Shown here: in pieces, positions 1 to 12,299 of the stretch
Layout of the letters: each line of letters opens with the position of its first letter
Numbering within the stretch: position 1 is the stretch's first letter
Source: Octopus vulgaris
Lineage: Eukaryota
DNA length: 64,000 nt
NCBI GenBank assembly: GCA_951406725.2
Contig: OX597821.1
Coordinates: forward strand, 58,032,001-58,096,000
Direction of reading: 5' to 3'
Position numbers and translations under genes: made by a program
The notes under the pieces: generated by a model
Told to the model about the DNA's origin: nothing
The model's input: only the letters and a program-made list of their open reading frames with translations
Databases searched by the model: none

Positions 1-429
1 TTAAATTACTTCAATTTCTCGGGTATTTCATCCTTTATTATTAGTTTCTCATGGCGCAGGAAGCAAATCTAGATATTCATGAAACCGTTTTACAAAAGTA
101 ATTGCATGAAAATACCCCAATAGCAACGTTGCATGTTGTATTGTGTATGGACATATAATGTGAGTATATTATGCATGAATTATATATCTATGTATAACGT
201 ATGTGTGTACGTATTTATGCATACATGTATGCGCGTTATATGCATGTATGCATGTATGTGCATCCTTGAATAGCAAGAGCAAAGAAGATAAAAGGAAACC
301 ATACAAAAATGGGTTAGGTGAGAAAAGCTATCAAAAGAACGAATCGTCTAGAAGTGAACTCCTTGACTAGGTGATTGTGGAAAAACCAACCATACGACTG
401 TCACAAATTACCTAAACCAAGTCAAGAAT

Positions 430-1050
430 CCTTGTTTAGTCCTCTTCTTTCTACTAGGCTGGAACTTTTGACTCATCGCCAAAATATATCTTTGTTATAT
501 CTTTTCAATAAGTATTTCCATGGACATTACTTTGATGAAATTTCCGGTCTAGTACCCTTTGTCAAGACATTTAACCCTTTCGTTACCTACCCGGCTGAAA
601 CCGGCTCTGGCTTTGTAATACAAATGTCTTGTTTTCATAAGTTTTGAATTAAAATTTTCCACCAGACCTTAGTCACAATTTATGTTCCTAATGATAACGA
701 AGTTATTTTTACTAAATTCTTTGTTATGTCTAAACTAATTGAAAGAAACACAGAGCATCTCAAAACAAATACAGTAACGAAAGGGTTAAACGTGACACCC
801 GCTTCTCTTTCTAGGCGTATCGTTTCTCTGAAGAGTTTCCTGTAAGTCATATGTTCTTTTATTCCAGTAGCTTCTTTCCTCGAGCTACAGCTCTCTGGAA
901 TTCATTACAATCATCTTGTTTTCCTCTGGACTATGATATTCAGTCCTATAAGTTTACTTTCAATCAGCAACTTTTCGATTTATAAGCCCCTTCTTTTCGT
1001 TTTTTGTAGTCCCTTATGCTACAATGGCCTCAAGCCTTATTTGGGATAAA
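430..1050 (+). mobile_element. Decayed 3' end of a CR1/Jockey-group LINE ORF2, split by a piggyBac-like MITE
   Basis: Translation LELLTHRQNISLLYLFNKYFHG..GLVPFVKTF, then after the MITE KRDTRFS...SSFFPRATALWNSL..CFPLDYDI, matching the typical LINE RT C-terminal motifs (L..L..RR / SFFPR...WNSLP). Confidence 0.75.
575..785. mobile_element. piggyBac-like MITE (211 bp)
   Basis: Perfect 12-bp TIR ccctttcgttac/gtaacgaaaggg flanked by TTAA at 571-574 and 786-789. Confidence 0.9.
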
Positions 1051-1141
1051 ATATAGTGTAAAATAATGTTTCACTGGTAGAGTCTCAACAAAGCAAGGTA
1101 TACCTTTCTCTAGCGTGAACACATTACAGACTAGCAACATA

Positions 1142-1704
1142 TTGGGTTGTCCGGAAAGTTCATGCCGATTTTTAAAGGTAAGGAAAAAGTCAATAAATAC
1201 TTGCTATTACATTTTTAATCAAGAAAATATGAACCATTTTGTTGCACAATGCGTCTCCATCTTTCCTTTAACTTGAAAATACCCTCTTCCCAGAATTGAC
1301 GTGGTTTCATGGCAAAGAATTCATCAAGGTGTCTTTTTACGTTATCCAAGGAATTGAAATGTTTACCATTAAGACTATTCTGCAGAAACCTGAATAAGTG
1401 GAAATCTGAAGGAATATCTGGTGAATATGACGGGTGGGGTAACACATCCCAGCCGAGCTGCAGCAATTTTTGTCTGGTTCCCAAAGCATCAAGTGCCGAA
1501 AATGAACTTTCTTATCTTCCATTTTAAAGGGTTACAGAATTAACGCAGGTTATAGGAACATAAACCTTCTTCCACGAAAAGATAGCTTAAACTGTGCTCT
1601 AAATGGAGGGGCAGTTAAATCTTATTTTATGGACTCAACCATGTTCTAAACTAAGTCGAAATGTAAGCTACTATAAAGCAGCACGAACTTTCCGGACAAC
1701 CCAA
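1142..1704 (-). mobile_element. Internally deleted mariner transposon
   Basis: TIRs ttgggttgtccggaaagttc/gaactttccggacaacccaa with TA on both sides. N-terminal MEDKKVHFRHLML is joined directly to the C-terminal LGWDVLPHPSYSPD..SDFHLF...KLKERWRRIVQQNGSYF. Confidence 0.93.
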
Positions 1705-2351
1705 TATTATGAACGATCATTTAACGATAAAACATGCGCTTGGATTTCTTCTCTCTTGCTACCGTAAAATGAAATCATCTCTGAACTAGCTAATTATGAA
1801 AACTCTATACTAGAAATTACAGTCAAATTACACTCTACTGCCTTAAAATGGACAGATACTTTGGATAGTGTATTCCGAGATAAAATATATTTGTAAAAGA
1901 AACAAATATGATTACATTTTCTGACGACCTTACATATTAGCCCAGGTCTGAAATGGAGCCAAATACGGAAACTTTTGATGGTTGTTTCTTTTTTTATGAT
2001 CATTTACACCAACAACTGATTAAAAACTGAAGGTCTTTATCACTATGTCTAATTCAAAAAGATACGATGATTAAAACTTTCCACCTAGTCTCTATAAAAA
2101 TCTCTTTTCAGACCTATTACCGATTCTTGTACGAATTGTCGAAAGAGTATCTGTCATCTGTCTTATTACAAAAACGTCACTTTCGATCATGAAAATCTAA
2201 TTATTATCTAATCAATTATGCTTTTGTTCATGAATTAAGGGAAATTGTTTTCCTCGTCTCCATGACCATCTCACATCCAATAAACTGCACTCTCTGAAGG
2301 TACAAGAGCGCTACAAGAGTGGTCATAGTTTCAAAACATTGCTTTTCATAA

Positions 2352-2720
2352 GCGTAGGTGTGGCTGTGTGGTTAGGAACACGCTTTGCAATCAAGTGGTT
2401 TGGGGTTCAATTCTACTGCGTGGTGCCTTGGGCAAATGTCTTGTACGATAGCGCCAGGCAGATCCATGCCTTGTGAGTGAATTTGTTAAACGGTAAGTGT
2501 ATGGAAGCCCGTTAGCCATATGTATGTGTGTATGTTTCTCCAACACTGCGTTGGTTTGTTCACGTTCCCGTCGTAACTTAGCTGTTTAGTAAAAGAGACG
2601 GATAGAATAAGTACTAAATTTTTAAAATAAGTACTAGGGTTGGTTTCTTCGACTAAAACCCTTCATGACTGCGCTCCTGTATGACTGCTGTCCAATAACT
2701 GAAACAAGTAAAAGACAAAA
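2352..2720 (+). mobile_element. tRNA-derived SINE, family A (diverged)
   Basis: Head tggctgtgtggtt...ggttcaattc; same body and tail (gactgaaacaagtaaaag) as the 6072-6540 copy. Confidence 0.8.
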
Positions 2721-2759
2721 CATGTAGAGAAATTAAAAATTTATATACATACATATATA

Positions 2760-2790
<31 letters not shown>

Positions 2791-2791
<1 letters not shown>

Positions 2792-2946
2792 GGAGTGATT
2801 GTATGGTAAGTAGCCTGGTTACCTACGACATGGTTCTGGGTTCAGTCCCACTGCATGGCACCATGGGCAAATGTCTTCTACAATAGCCTCGCGACCAAAG
2901 CCTTGTGACTGAATTTGGCAGACGAAAACTGAAAGAAGCCCGTCGT
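2791..2946 (+). mobile_element. SINE family A, 5' half
   Basis: ggagtg..tggtaagtagc...ggttcagtcccactgc...gaaactgaaagaagcccgtcg. Confidence 0.85.
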
Positions 2947-3164
2947 GATCTCTTGAGCACTACCAGCTCAAATATTTTCTCCTCTGTCTTCCCTCCTTGG
3001 GATCTTTCCTTCTCCTTGTTTCCGACGAAGAGCTCCGCTCGAAACGTTAAACCCTCCTTCCCTTCTTTCCTGAGCGTCAATAATACTTTAATTGTTCCAC
3101 GTCCTGCGTTGCTGTGTTTTTTTCTCATTTTTTTCTCTTTTTTTCTGTGTTTTCTTGTTTGGAT

Positions 3165-3170
<6 letters not shown>
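2947..3170 (+). mobile_element. Penelope-type terminal repeat fragment (family H) with minimal hammerhead motif
   Basis: gttt-ccgacga-agagc-tcc-gctc-gaaacgtt-aaac at 3018-3052; homologous to 59395-59605 and 61279-61485. Confidence 0.6.
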
Positions 3171-3212
<42 letters not shown>

Positions 3213-3399
3213 TAATGTTCAGGTCAAAATAATATTTATGTAGTTATATATTTCTGGAATGAAGCCTAGTAGTGTGTGGTTTCTGTTATAGTAATTTCTA
3301 CAGTTATAACAACATATGTGTGTGTGTGTGGGGGTGTGGGTGTGCATTCGTGCGTGTGTGTGAGTGCGCGCACGAGCGCGTGTGTGTGTGTTAGTAATA

Positions 3400-4046
3400 T
3401 TAGGACGTCAAGTATGAAATTTGTAGTAAGGTATATTGTAAACTTTGACAGCTGCTCATTTTGCACCATTGTAATATTTTGACAAGCCAAAACACAGACC
3501 AAGACGTGCCACCAAAACACAGTCCAAAAAGCAAAATTCATCAAAAGAAGCTGATGGTGTGTGTATGGTGGTCGGATGCAGGTGTGATCCATTATGATTT
3601 CATTAAACCCGGCTCATCAATCACGGCCGAAGTATCTATACTGCAGCCAACTGGACCAAATGATGCAGAAACTTACAGAAAAACAGCCTAGATTAATCAA
3701 CAGATCCAGTCCTATTTTATTGCACGACAACTCCATACCACACATCGCAAAAACCACATTGGTGAAACCACACTTCATCATCCACCATACTCACCTGATC
3801 TTGCCCTAACTGACTACCACTTCTTCCAGAATTTGGATAACTTTTTGATATGAAAAAAATTTAATTTCGGCAATGCTGTAAAACAGGCCTTCCAAAATTT
3901 TATTGACACTTGGACATGCTACCGCTGAAATGGCAAAAGTGTATTGACAATATGGGTACATACGTTGATGAATAAAACTATTCCTTGTATTAATAAAACA
4001 TTAGCAAACTTTTTTTTTTCCACAAATTTCATACTTGACGACCCGA
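3400..4046 (+). mobile_element. Internally deleted mariner transposon (second family)
   Basis: TIR core cgtcaagtatgaaatttgt / acaaatttcatacttgacg with TA flanks; transposase remnants KKLMVCVWW..GVIHYDF, PILLHDN..PH, HPPYSPDL. Confidence 0.92.
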
Positions 4047-5255
4047 TATTTTATGAAGATTGAATGTCCTTTGATAAGACGTATTAGTGAGAGTCTGTGC
4101 CGAATATGAAGTTGTTGTTTGTTTTTATGTTTTAAAGGAATGTAGTGACGATCAATGGAATGACCAGCTTAGTTGACATGTTGTGCCACGTATCAATGTG
4201 TCGTCGTACAATGAAAAGTTTACGGGTAACACAAAAGACGGAGCTGACATAAGTCCGGTTCACATTTCGACTGTCGATGTACTGAAAGTTTTGGCTGATT
4301 ATTCTTGTTGCTTTATTTGTAGTGAACGGACAAGTGAACGTTCATTTATATGTAAGAATCAAGCAAAATGTGACTAGGAACCAATCAACTTCTAACGAAG
4401 AAGAAAAAGAGGTGTGGGAAAGATTAGTAAAATTTAATAGTCGGGGGGTTGAAAGAGAAAGATACAGAGAACGGTGAATTTTAAGGGGAGGATAGGTGGA
4501 AAGTAGAGATGAGTACGGTCTACAAGAATATGATTACTCAATAGGGATAAGGTAGAACAGCTGATGTCTCTGGCTCCCTGAAAAAATGCAGTATCCACAA
4601 CAAAAGATATCGAGGTGTTTCATCCCTACAGATTTATAGCGGAAGCCTAGTTTAAGATAACTAATGTTTTCTTATTCTACAAGAATGAATAACGATCAGG
4701 TCAAAATAATATTTATATAGTTATATATTTCTGGAATGAAACCTAGAAGTGTGTAGTTTCTGTTATAGTAATTTCTATACCAACATGCTAAACGAGAACA
4801 TGGCGTCCGGTAGGTAACATAGATGTTAGGAACTCATCGACACAGAACAGACACGACGCTCAGACAGATTTAGGAGGACACACAGATAACAGAGAATAGA
4901 TCGAGCCTCATGAGAAAACGTGAATGGGGTAATAACACCTCACTCCGTCCTCACCCTCCATTCCTGTACACCCCTGCAACCCGACGACTAAAGACAGAAT
5001 AAAATAAATACATGGGTACAAACAGCGTAATACACAAACCCATATACACGCACACAAGACGCACATGCACATACGAAGCACATAGACGCATGCAGATACA
5101 GAAGTGAACGCATTCGCAGAGAGGAATGCATATCACAGAAATGCAAAATGAAATAGAATGGACAAGATCAGAGGGGACACGAGGAATAGAATGTCATTGA
5201 AGGGGTCACAGAATGTGTGGCGAAAGAACTCTGACAAATAAACTAATAATACTTT

Positions 5256-5445
5256 GGCACAAGACCAAAAATTTGGATGGGTGGCTAAGTCGATTACATC
5301 GACCGCAGTACTCGATTTACCGACCCCGAGAGAATGAAAGGTAAAGTCGACCACGGCGGAATTTGAACTCAGAACGTGAAGACGGATGAACCGCCACCAA
5401 GCATTTTGCCCGGCGTGCTAACGACTCTACCAGCTCGTCGTCTTA
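5256..5445 (-). mobile_element. tRNA-derived SINE family B (Meta-domain-like core)
   Basis: Minus strand gcgagctggtagagtcgttagcacgccggg...gttctgagttcaaattccgcc..gtcgactttacctttcattctctcggggtcgg. Confidence 0.8.
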
Positions 5446-5483
5446 CGCAATTAAGCTAATAATAATAACAAAATCTGTGAACG

Positions 5484-5802
5484 AAGCGTGCTTTAGTGGT
5501 TAAGGTATTCGGCTCACGATCGTAAGATCTCGAGTTCGATTTACGGCGGTGTGTTGTATCCTTGAGCAAGACACTTTATTTCAAGTTGCTTCAGTCCACT
5601 CACCTGACAAAAATGAGTAGTACTTGTAATTTAAAATGGCCAGCCTTGTCACATTTTCTGTCACGTTGAATCTCCCTGAGAACTATGTTAAGGGTACACG
5701 TGTCTGTGAAGTGCTAAGCCACTTGCACGTTCGTTTCACGAGCAGGCTGTTCTGTTGATCGGATCATCTGGAACCCTCGTTGCCGTAATCGACGGAGTGT
5801 CA
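5484..5802 (+). mobile_element. tRNA-derived SINE family D
   Basis: Head ttagtggttaaggtattcggctcacgatcgtaag..gagttcga; core ccttgagcaagacactttatttca; tail gaactatgttaagggtacacgtgtctg...cgacggagtg. Confidence 0.85.
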
Positions 5803-6071
5803 GTTAATAACAAAGCTAAAATGAAGATCAAAGAAACAGTGCGTCCGTTTAATTGGCAGAAAAACATCCCCAACCCCAAATATAACAAAATACACTTCAA
5901 TCCTGTTCCATTTGCAGATAATCCTGATTTACATATTAAAACTTTTTTTTTACAAAGAAACCTCAAATGACATTATTCGTATCCAACATTCAATAAAAAA
6001 TACGAGCCAAAGAGAGATCTTCTGCATGATAGCACGACCAACTAGAAATAGCAACCAAATAACCTTCATAT

Positions 6072-6240
6072 AGACGTAGGAGTGGTTGTGTGGTAAGTAG
6101 CTTGCTTACCAACCACATGGTTCCGGTTTCAGTCCTACTGCGTGGTACCTTGGGCAAGTTTCTTCTACTGTAGCCTCGGGCCGACCAAAGCCTTGTGAGT
6201 GGATTTGGTAGACGGAATCTGAAATTCCGTTGTATATATG

Positions 6241-6299
<59 letters not shown>

Positions 6300-6540
6300 T
6301 GTATGTATGTATGCGTGTATATGTTTGTGTGTCTGTGTTTGTCCCCCCAACATCGCTTGACAACCGATGCTGGTGTGTTTACGTCCCCGTAACTTAGCGG
6401 TTCGGCAAAAGAGACTGATAGAATAAATACTAGGCTTACAAAGAATAGATCTTGGGGTCGATTTGTTCGACTAAAGGCGGTGCTCCAGCATAGCCACAGT
6501 CAAATGACTGAAACCAGTAAAAGAGTAAAGAGTAAAAGAG
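6072..6540 (+). mobile_element. SINE family A, full length with internal (TA)n/(TATG)n
   Basis: A/B-box-like head, internal microsatellite, and tail ending in repeated gtaaaaga. Confidence 0.92.
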
Positions 6541-7289
6541 ATATCACACAAATTAGAATGACATACTGAATAATGTATTTCTTTATAGACAATTATCAAC
6601 TATCCCTCAATGTTTGGCGATAGTGTAGAAGTTAGAACACTTTTGATCCATAACTCTACATGAGTGTGCTGATCTTTGGCTGAACTATCACATCAATAAT
6701 AACAACAGTCTAGCTAAAATATCAAATGGAAAATGGAATCAACTTTTATAACTTCCATCATTTTCTTTAAAATGAAACATTTAACATAGAGAATAGTTTT
6801 CTTTTTCAACAATACATATGTCTCAACACAAATTCAAAAGATATTTTGCACAAACGTATTACATAAGTATCTAAATATCGCAAATTTCAATAGAAAAACA
6901 ATTTGTTATAAGAAGTAATAGATATATTTCTCTCAAATTAACTTCATTTGGTTAAAATATATAGGAGAAAGCTAATCCAATGATTAGCTTCTGGCAAACA
7001 TTTCTGTGAACAAATATGTTTCGATCAATTTTAGACATATGCAGTAATAATACTGACATAATTTTAGTTTCGTTTGCCGTCTAAAACTACAATGACGTAA
7101 ATCAAATTTATGAAAGCAGATTTATGGCTATATCCGGATACGTACATAAGATTATATATATATGTTTCTGCGTGTAGTATATGTGCTTGGTTGCGTATGC
7201 TTGCGTAAATAAATATATATTCTATATATTCATATATATATATATATGTGTGTTTGTATGTATGTATGCATGCATGTATATATATATAT

Positions 7290-7508
7290 ATACTCTTTTA
7301 CTTGTTTCAGTCATTTGACTGCGGCCATGCTGGAGCACCGCCTTTAGTCGAGCAAATCGACCCCGGGACTTATTCTTTGAAAGCCCAGTACTTATTCTAT
7401 CGGTCTCTTTTGCCGAACCGCTAAGTGACGGGGACGTAAACACACCAGCATCGGTTGTGAAGCAATGCTAGGGGGGACAAACACAGACACACAAACACAC
7501 ACACATAT

Positions 7509-7581
<73 letters not shown>

Positions 7582-7740
7582 CGACGGGCTTCTTTCAGTT
7601 TCCGTCTACCAAATCCACTCACAAGGCATTGGTCGGCCCGAAGCTATAGCAGAAGACATTTGCCCAAGATGCCACGCAGTGGGACTGAACCCGGAACAAT
7701 GTGGTTGGTAAGCAAGCTACTTACCACACAGCCACTCCTG
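7290..7740 (-). mobile_element. SINE family A, full length
   Basis: Reverse complement of the 6072-6540 family sequence. Confidence 0.92.
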
Positions 7741-7937
7741 AGGGAGATAAATTGAATATTAATTTAATTAATATCAATTTAAAACCAGTAGCCTAGCATA
7801 TATAAAAAATTTGAAAAATCAGAAAAAATTTCAGTAGATGTGTATATCTTTTTTTTTTCTTTGTAGTTAGATCGTATGTGATCTTCTAGCGTATGGTTAT
7901 CCACCTAGTGATTTTTCCCTAAATATACACATCTATG

Positions 7938-8037
<100 letters not shown>

Positions 8038-8097
8038 CGCAAATGTATATATATATGCACATATATATATAGACACACGGTTAAATATATATATTCA

Positions 8098-8481
<384 letters not shown>

Positions 8482-8494
8482 TATACATATATGA

Positions 8495-8533
<39 letters not shown>

Positions 8534-8559
8534 TGTATGTATGTGTGTATATGTATATA

Positions 8560-8862
8560 CAGGAGCGGCTGTGCTGTAAGTAGCTTGCTTACCAACCACA
8601 TGGTTCCGGGTTCAGTCCCATTGCGTGGCACCTTGGGCAAGTGTCTTCTACTATAGCCTCGGGCCGACCAAAAGCCTTGTGAGTGGATTTGGTAGACGGA
8701 AACTGAAAGAAGCCCGTCGTATATATATATGTGTGTGTGTGTGTGCGTGTATGTTTGTGTGTCTGTGTTTGTCCCCCAAGCATTGCTTGACAACCGATGT
8801 TGGTGTGTTTGTGTCCCCGTCACTTAACGGTTCGGCCAAAGAGACTGATAGAATAAGTACTA
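8560..8862 (+). mobile_element. SINE family A, 3'-truncated
   Basis: Family A head and body up to gatagaataagtacta. Confidence 0.9.
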
Positions 8863-8865
8863 GAA

Positions 8866-9340
8866 TAGAAGCTTGCTTCCGGTATGACGTTTTGGTTAGT
8901 TTGACTGCTGTCTTTGTGAATAACAAACGTGTTTTTTTTTTAGGGGGGGGTGCTGTCTTAGCGGTGCGACGTTTTCCCTCTTGTTTAATGGAGGGGCGTC
9001 AGGCGAGGAGTTGTGAAGATTTGAATTATCCTTCTTCAGACTTTATGTCGTCTGAGGAAGAAATGGTAGGGTGTTTGAAGAGGATTGATGAAGGAATGGA
9101 AATAAAAAATTATGCAGAGGCGACGATATATATAGATTCAAGGAAATTATTAAAAGGGTGGGGAACGAATTGAAGGTGTTCTCTCCAAAGAAGTGTTAAA
9201 GGAAAGAGATTAGAAAACAATAATTCACAGAACATACTCGTTAGCAGCCAGGAAGACTGAAATTATGACGACGCCTCAAATCTGGCGTTTCCTACCTTAC
9301 CAGAGGAAGAAAATTTGGCACAGTGGAGATGCGGTTTCTC
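8866..9340 (+). mobile_element. 5' fragment of gag-like ORF1 retroelement family
   Basis: Frames give KTIIHRTYSLAARK and YLTRGRKFGTVEMRF, matching KTIVYKVY/YLTRVGKFATIEARF at 11000-11430 and RTVVVRTYSK at ~29590. Confidence 0.65.
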
Positions 9341-9630
9341 TTCGCTCCTACTTCTCTTCACTCCTACTTCTCTTCCCTCCTACTCTCTTTCCCTCTTCTC
9401 TCCTACTCTCTTTCCCTCTTCTCTCCTACTCTCTTTCTCTCCCCTCTTTCCCTCTTCTCTCTTACTCTCTTTCTCTCTTCCCTCTTTCTCTCTTCTCTCT
9501 TATTCTCTTTCTCTCTTCTCTCTTACTCTTTCACCCTCTCTTTCTCTCTTTTCTCTTACTCTCTTTCTCTCTTCTCTTCTCCTCTCTCTTCTCTCCTTCT
9601 CTCTCTTCTCTCCTTCTCTCTTTCTCTTCA
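9340..9630. repeat. Polypyrimidine (CT-rich) low-complexity tract
   Basis: Degenerate repeats of ctcttctctcctactctcttt. Confidence 0.9.
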
Positions 9631-10019
9631 CATACCCACCTTCCCCTTCCCCATAAGCCCACCCACCCCTACACATTCCTACTCCACCTTCCCTATTCTT
9701 CCCATCCCCCATTCCATCCCCCCATCCTTTCCCACACTCCCTCTCCCACATACCCACCTCTATCCCCACCCTCTGCCAACCCACAAACACTAACTCTACC
9801 CCAATCCTTAGCCGAACCCACACCCCACCCATGCTTTCCCCACTCTCGCCTCCCCTACCTCCCAACAACATCACACACACCACACTACATCATACAACAT
9901 TACACATCACAGCACACCACCCATACACCCATCCCTACATTCTCACACCTAAACATATATACACGCACACGTCCAGACCACCAGCCCTTTTTCACACGCA
10001 CATACATACTCTCTTATAC

Positions 10020-10270
10020 ACACACGCACCTTCGCGTTGCGGGTCATCTTTACTTTGTTATCTCCCCTACTTTCCTTTTCGTGTGTGACCCTTCTGTCCG
10101 AGTCAGTCACCATGATAGATCGTTAGCCACTAAACACATTTTTTCTCTCCTTGTTTCTTCTATGTCCCTTTCTGTAGAAGAGCGTAGGCTCGAAACGTAA
10201 AAGACTTTTTCTATTCCTGAGCGTTATACTAATACATCTGTTTGTTTTGTACACCACCTGTCTTCGTCTC
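10020..10270 (+). mobile_element. Penelope-type terminal repeat fragment (family G) with minimal hammerhead motif
   Basis: catgatagatcgttagccactaaac...cttt-ctgtaga-agagc-gtag-gctc-gaaacgta-aaag (10168-10203); homologous to 55961-56128 and 57570-57955. Confidence 0.6.
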
Positions 10271-10328
<58 letters not shown>

Positions 10329-10330
<2 letters not shown>

Positions 10331-10481
10331 GACGGGCTTCTTTCAGTTTCCGTATACCAAATCCACTCACAATGCTTTTGTCGGCCCGAGGCTATAGTAG
10401 AAGGTACCTGCCCAAGGTGCCACGCAGTGGGATTGAACCCAGAACTATGTGGCTGGTAAGCAAGCTACTTACCACACAGCC
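10329..10481 (-). mobile_element. SINE family A, 5' half
   Basis: acgacgggcttctttcagtttccg...agctacttaccacacagcc. Confidence 0.88.
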
Positions 10482-10843
10482 TTGTCGCATTTATACACGC
10501 ACACACACACGCGCGCGCGCATACACATACACATAAACATACACACACATAGGCTCTTTAATCCCTCCTGCTAGAAAACAACAATTTCCAACGGTATTAA
10601 CATCACAGACAGACAACCAAAAGTCAACCTCCTACACTAGTTCGTACACCTATTCAAAAACTGCATTTGTCAACATATCTACTTATTTACGTATTTCCCC
10701 TGGCGTAAACAGAATATTTCTTTCCGAACACTTATGGTCTAGAAGATTACAGCCAGTGTATGTCATGTGTTTATGGTGACACGAATCATTCTCTCGCTAG
10801 TTATATGCTGAAACAATGAATAAAATCTAGGTTTTATTCAGTA

Positions 10844-11951
10844 CTAGCATTATGACCCGGCGTTGCCGAGTCAGTCACCATTATGACTAGTGCTAGTGCA
10901 TGTATATATGTGTATATATATATATGTGTGTACATATCATATGTACATCTATATATATACATCTACACATAAAATACAAAATACAAAGTTCTATCTTGAT
11001 ATCGCTAGTGATAACAATACTCAAAATATATAACAGACTGGAATTGTAGGCCCGTCTCTTGCAATTTCGATCAATTGTATCTTGTCCTCCCTCTTGTATA
11101 GAAGTGTGGCTACAATCCAGCTTAGTTCTACTTCTGGGGGGAGATTTTTAATTTTTGTCTGGGACGTCCTACGTCCCAGATATAAAGGTAAAAATAAAAT
11201 ATCTCCACTTTGCAAGGTTCGAGTCGATACTCCCTTGCACGCTCCGTTGACTCGAACCTTGCTTCTATTGTGGCGAATTTACCGACTCTGGTTAGATACT
11301 TGATATCTTTCATAGTCACACCAAGACACTTTTCGATGGTGCTTTCCTCCAGGTGTTCAAATCTTTTTTTTTTCTTTCTCTACATTGTATACTTTATAGA
11401 CAATAGTCTTTTCTTTAATTTAATTTTTTATTTCATTTGGTGGTGTTAATTGTTATGTTACGATTTAATTATTATATTATACTTTAGTTTGATTTTAATT
11501 ATTACTTACTTCATATAATTCAATTGTTATTATTATCTCTATTTTTTATTGTTAAAGTGAAAGTATCTGACATAAAATAGAGAAATGTTTTGTTTCACTT
11601 TTAACACGTAATACTGAAATAGTGGTGAAGATATGATATTGCTATGGGCTCGCCCTAGGCAAGAAGTTGAACATTTTTTTTGCCCATGAAACTACATGGA
11701 CCCTAAGTAAGGCAAATTTGAATGAAATTAGTTGTGTAGTTCTCAAGTTTTAGAGAATCATAGTGGAGAAGATATGATATTGCTGCGGCTCGCCCTAGGC
11801 ACAAAGTTAAAAAAAAATTTTGCCGATGACACTCCCCGGACCCTAAGTAAGGCATGTGTAAACTTTGAATGAAATTGGTTGTGCAGTTCTCAAGTTTTAG
11901 GGAAACACACAGACAGACACACACACATTCTCAATTTTATATATATAAAGA
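10844..11951 (-). mobile_element. Non-autonomous Helitron containing a retroelement ORF1 fragment
   Basis: On the minus strand it starts TC(tttatatatat) and ends in hairpin tgactcggcaacgccgggtca followed by CTAG, inserted between A and T. It has an internal ~140-bp tandem duplication at 11620-11905. Confidence 0.72.
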
Positions 11952-12232
11952 TAATCAAGAGCCGTTTTAGGTATCAAATTTGCCTTTTCACAGAATGCTT
12001 TAGGAAAATTCTCGCTAGAGAAAGTCTTCGTATTAAGTGGATTATGACCAATAATCCAATAAGAGCGTGAGTAATTAGAATCAGAGATTTCCAACAACAC
12101 TGAAGTTTGTACATTACGCAGAAGGCCACTAGAATATGGGTGGCTTTAAAGTGCCATAAAAAAGGGAATTAAAATGATCTTGTAAGAGCTAAGTTATAAA
12201 GAGCTGGAGACGAATAAATGGCAGAAGGTTAT

Positions 12233-12299
<67 letters not shown>

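Noticed and set aside
9265-10200. 311-aa ORF
   Set aside because: Runs through a CT-rich low-complexity tract lacking stops; composition is L/S/F/P/H with no domain.
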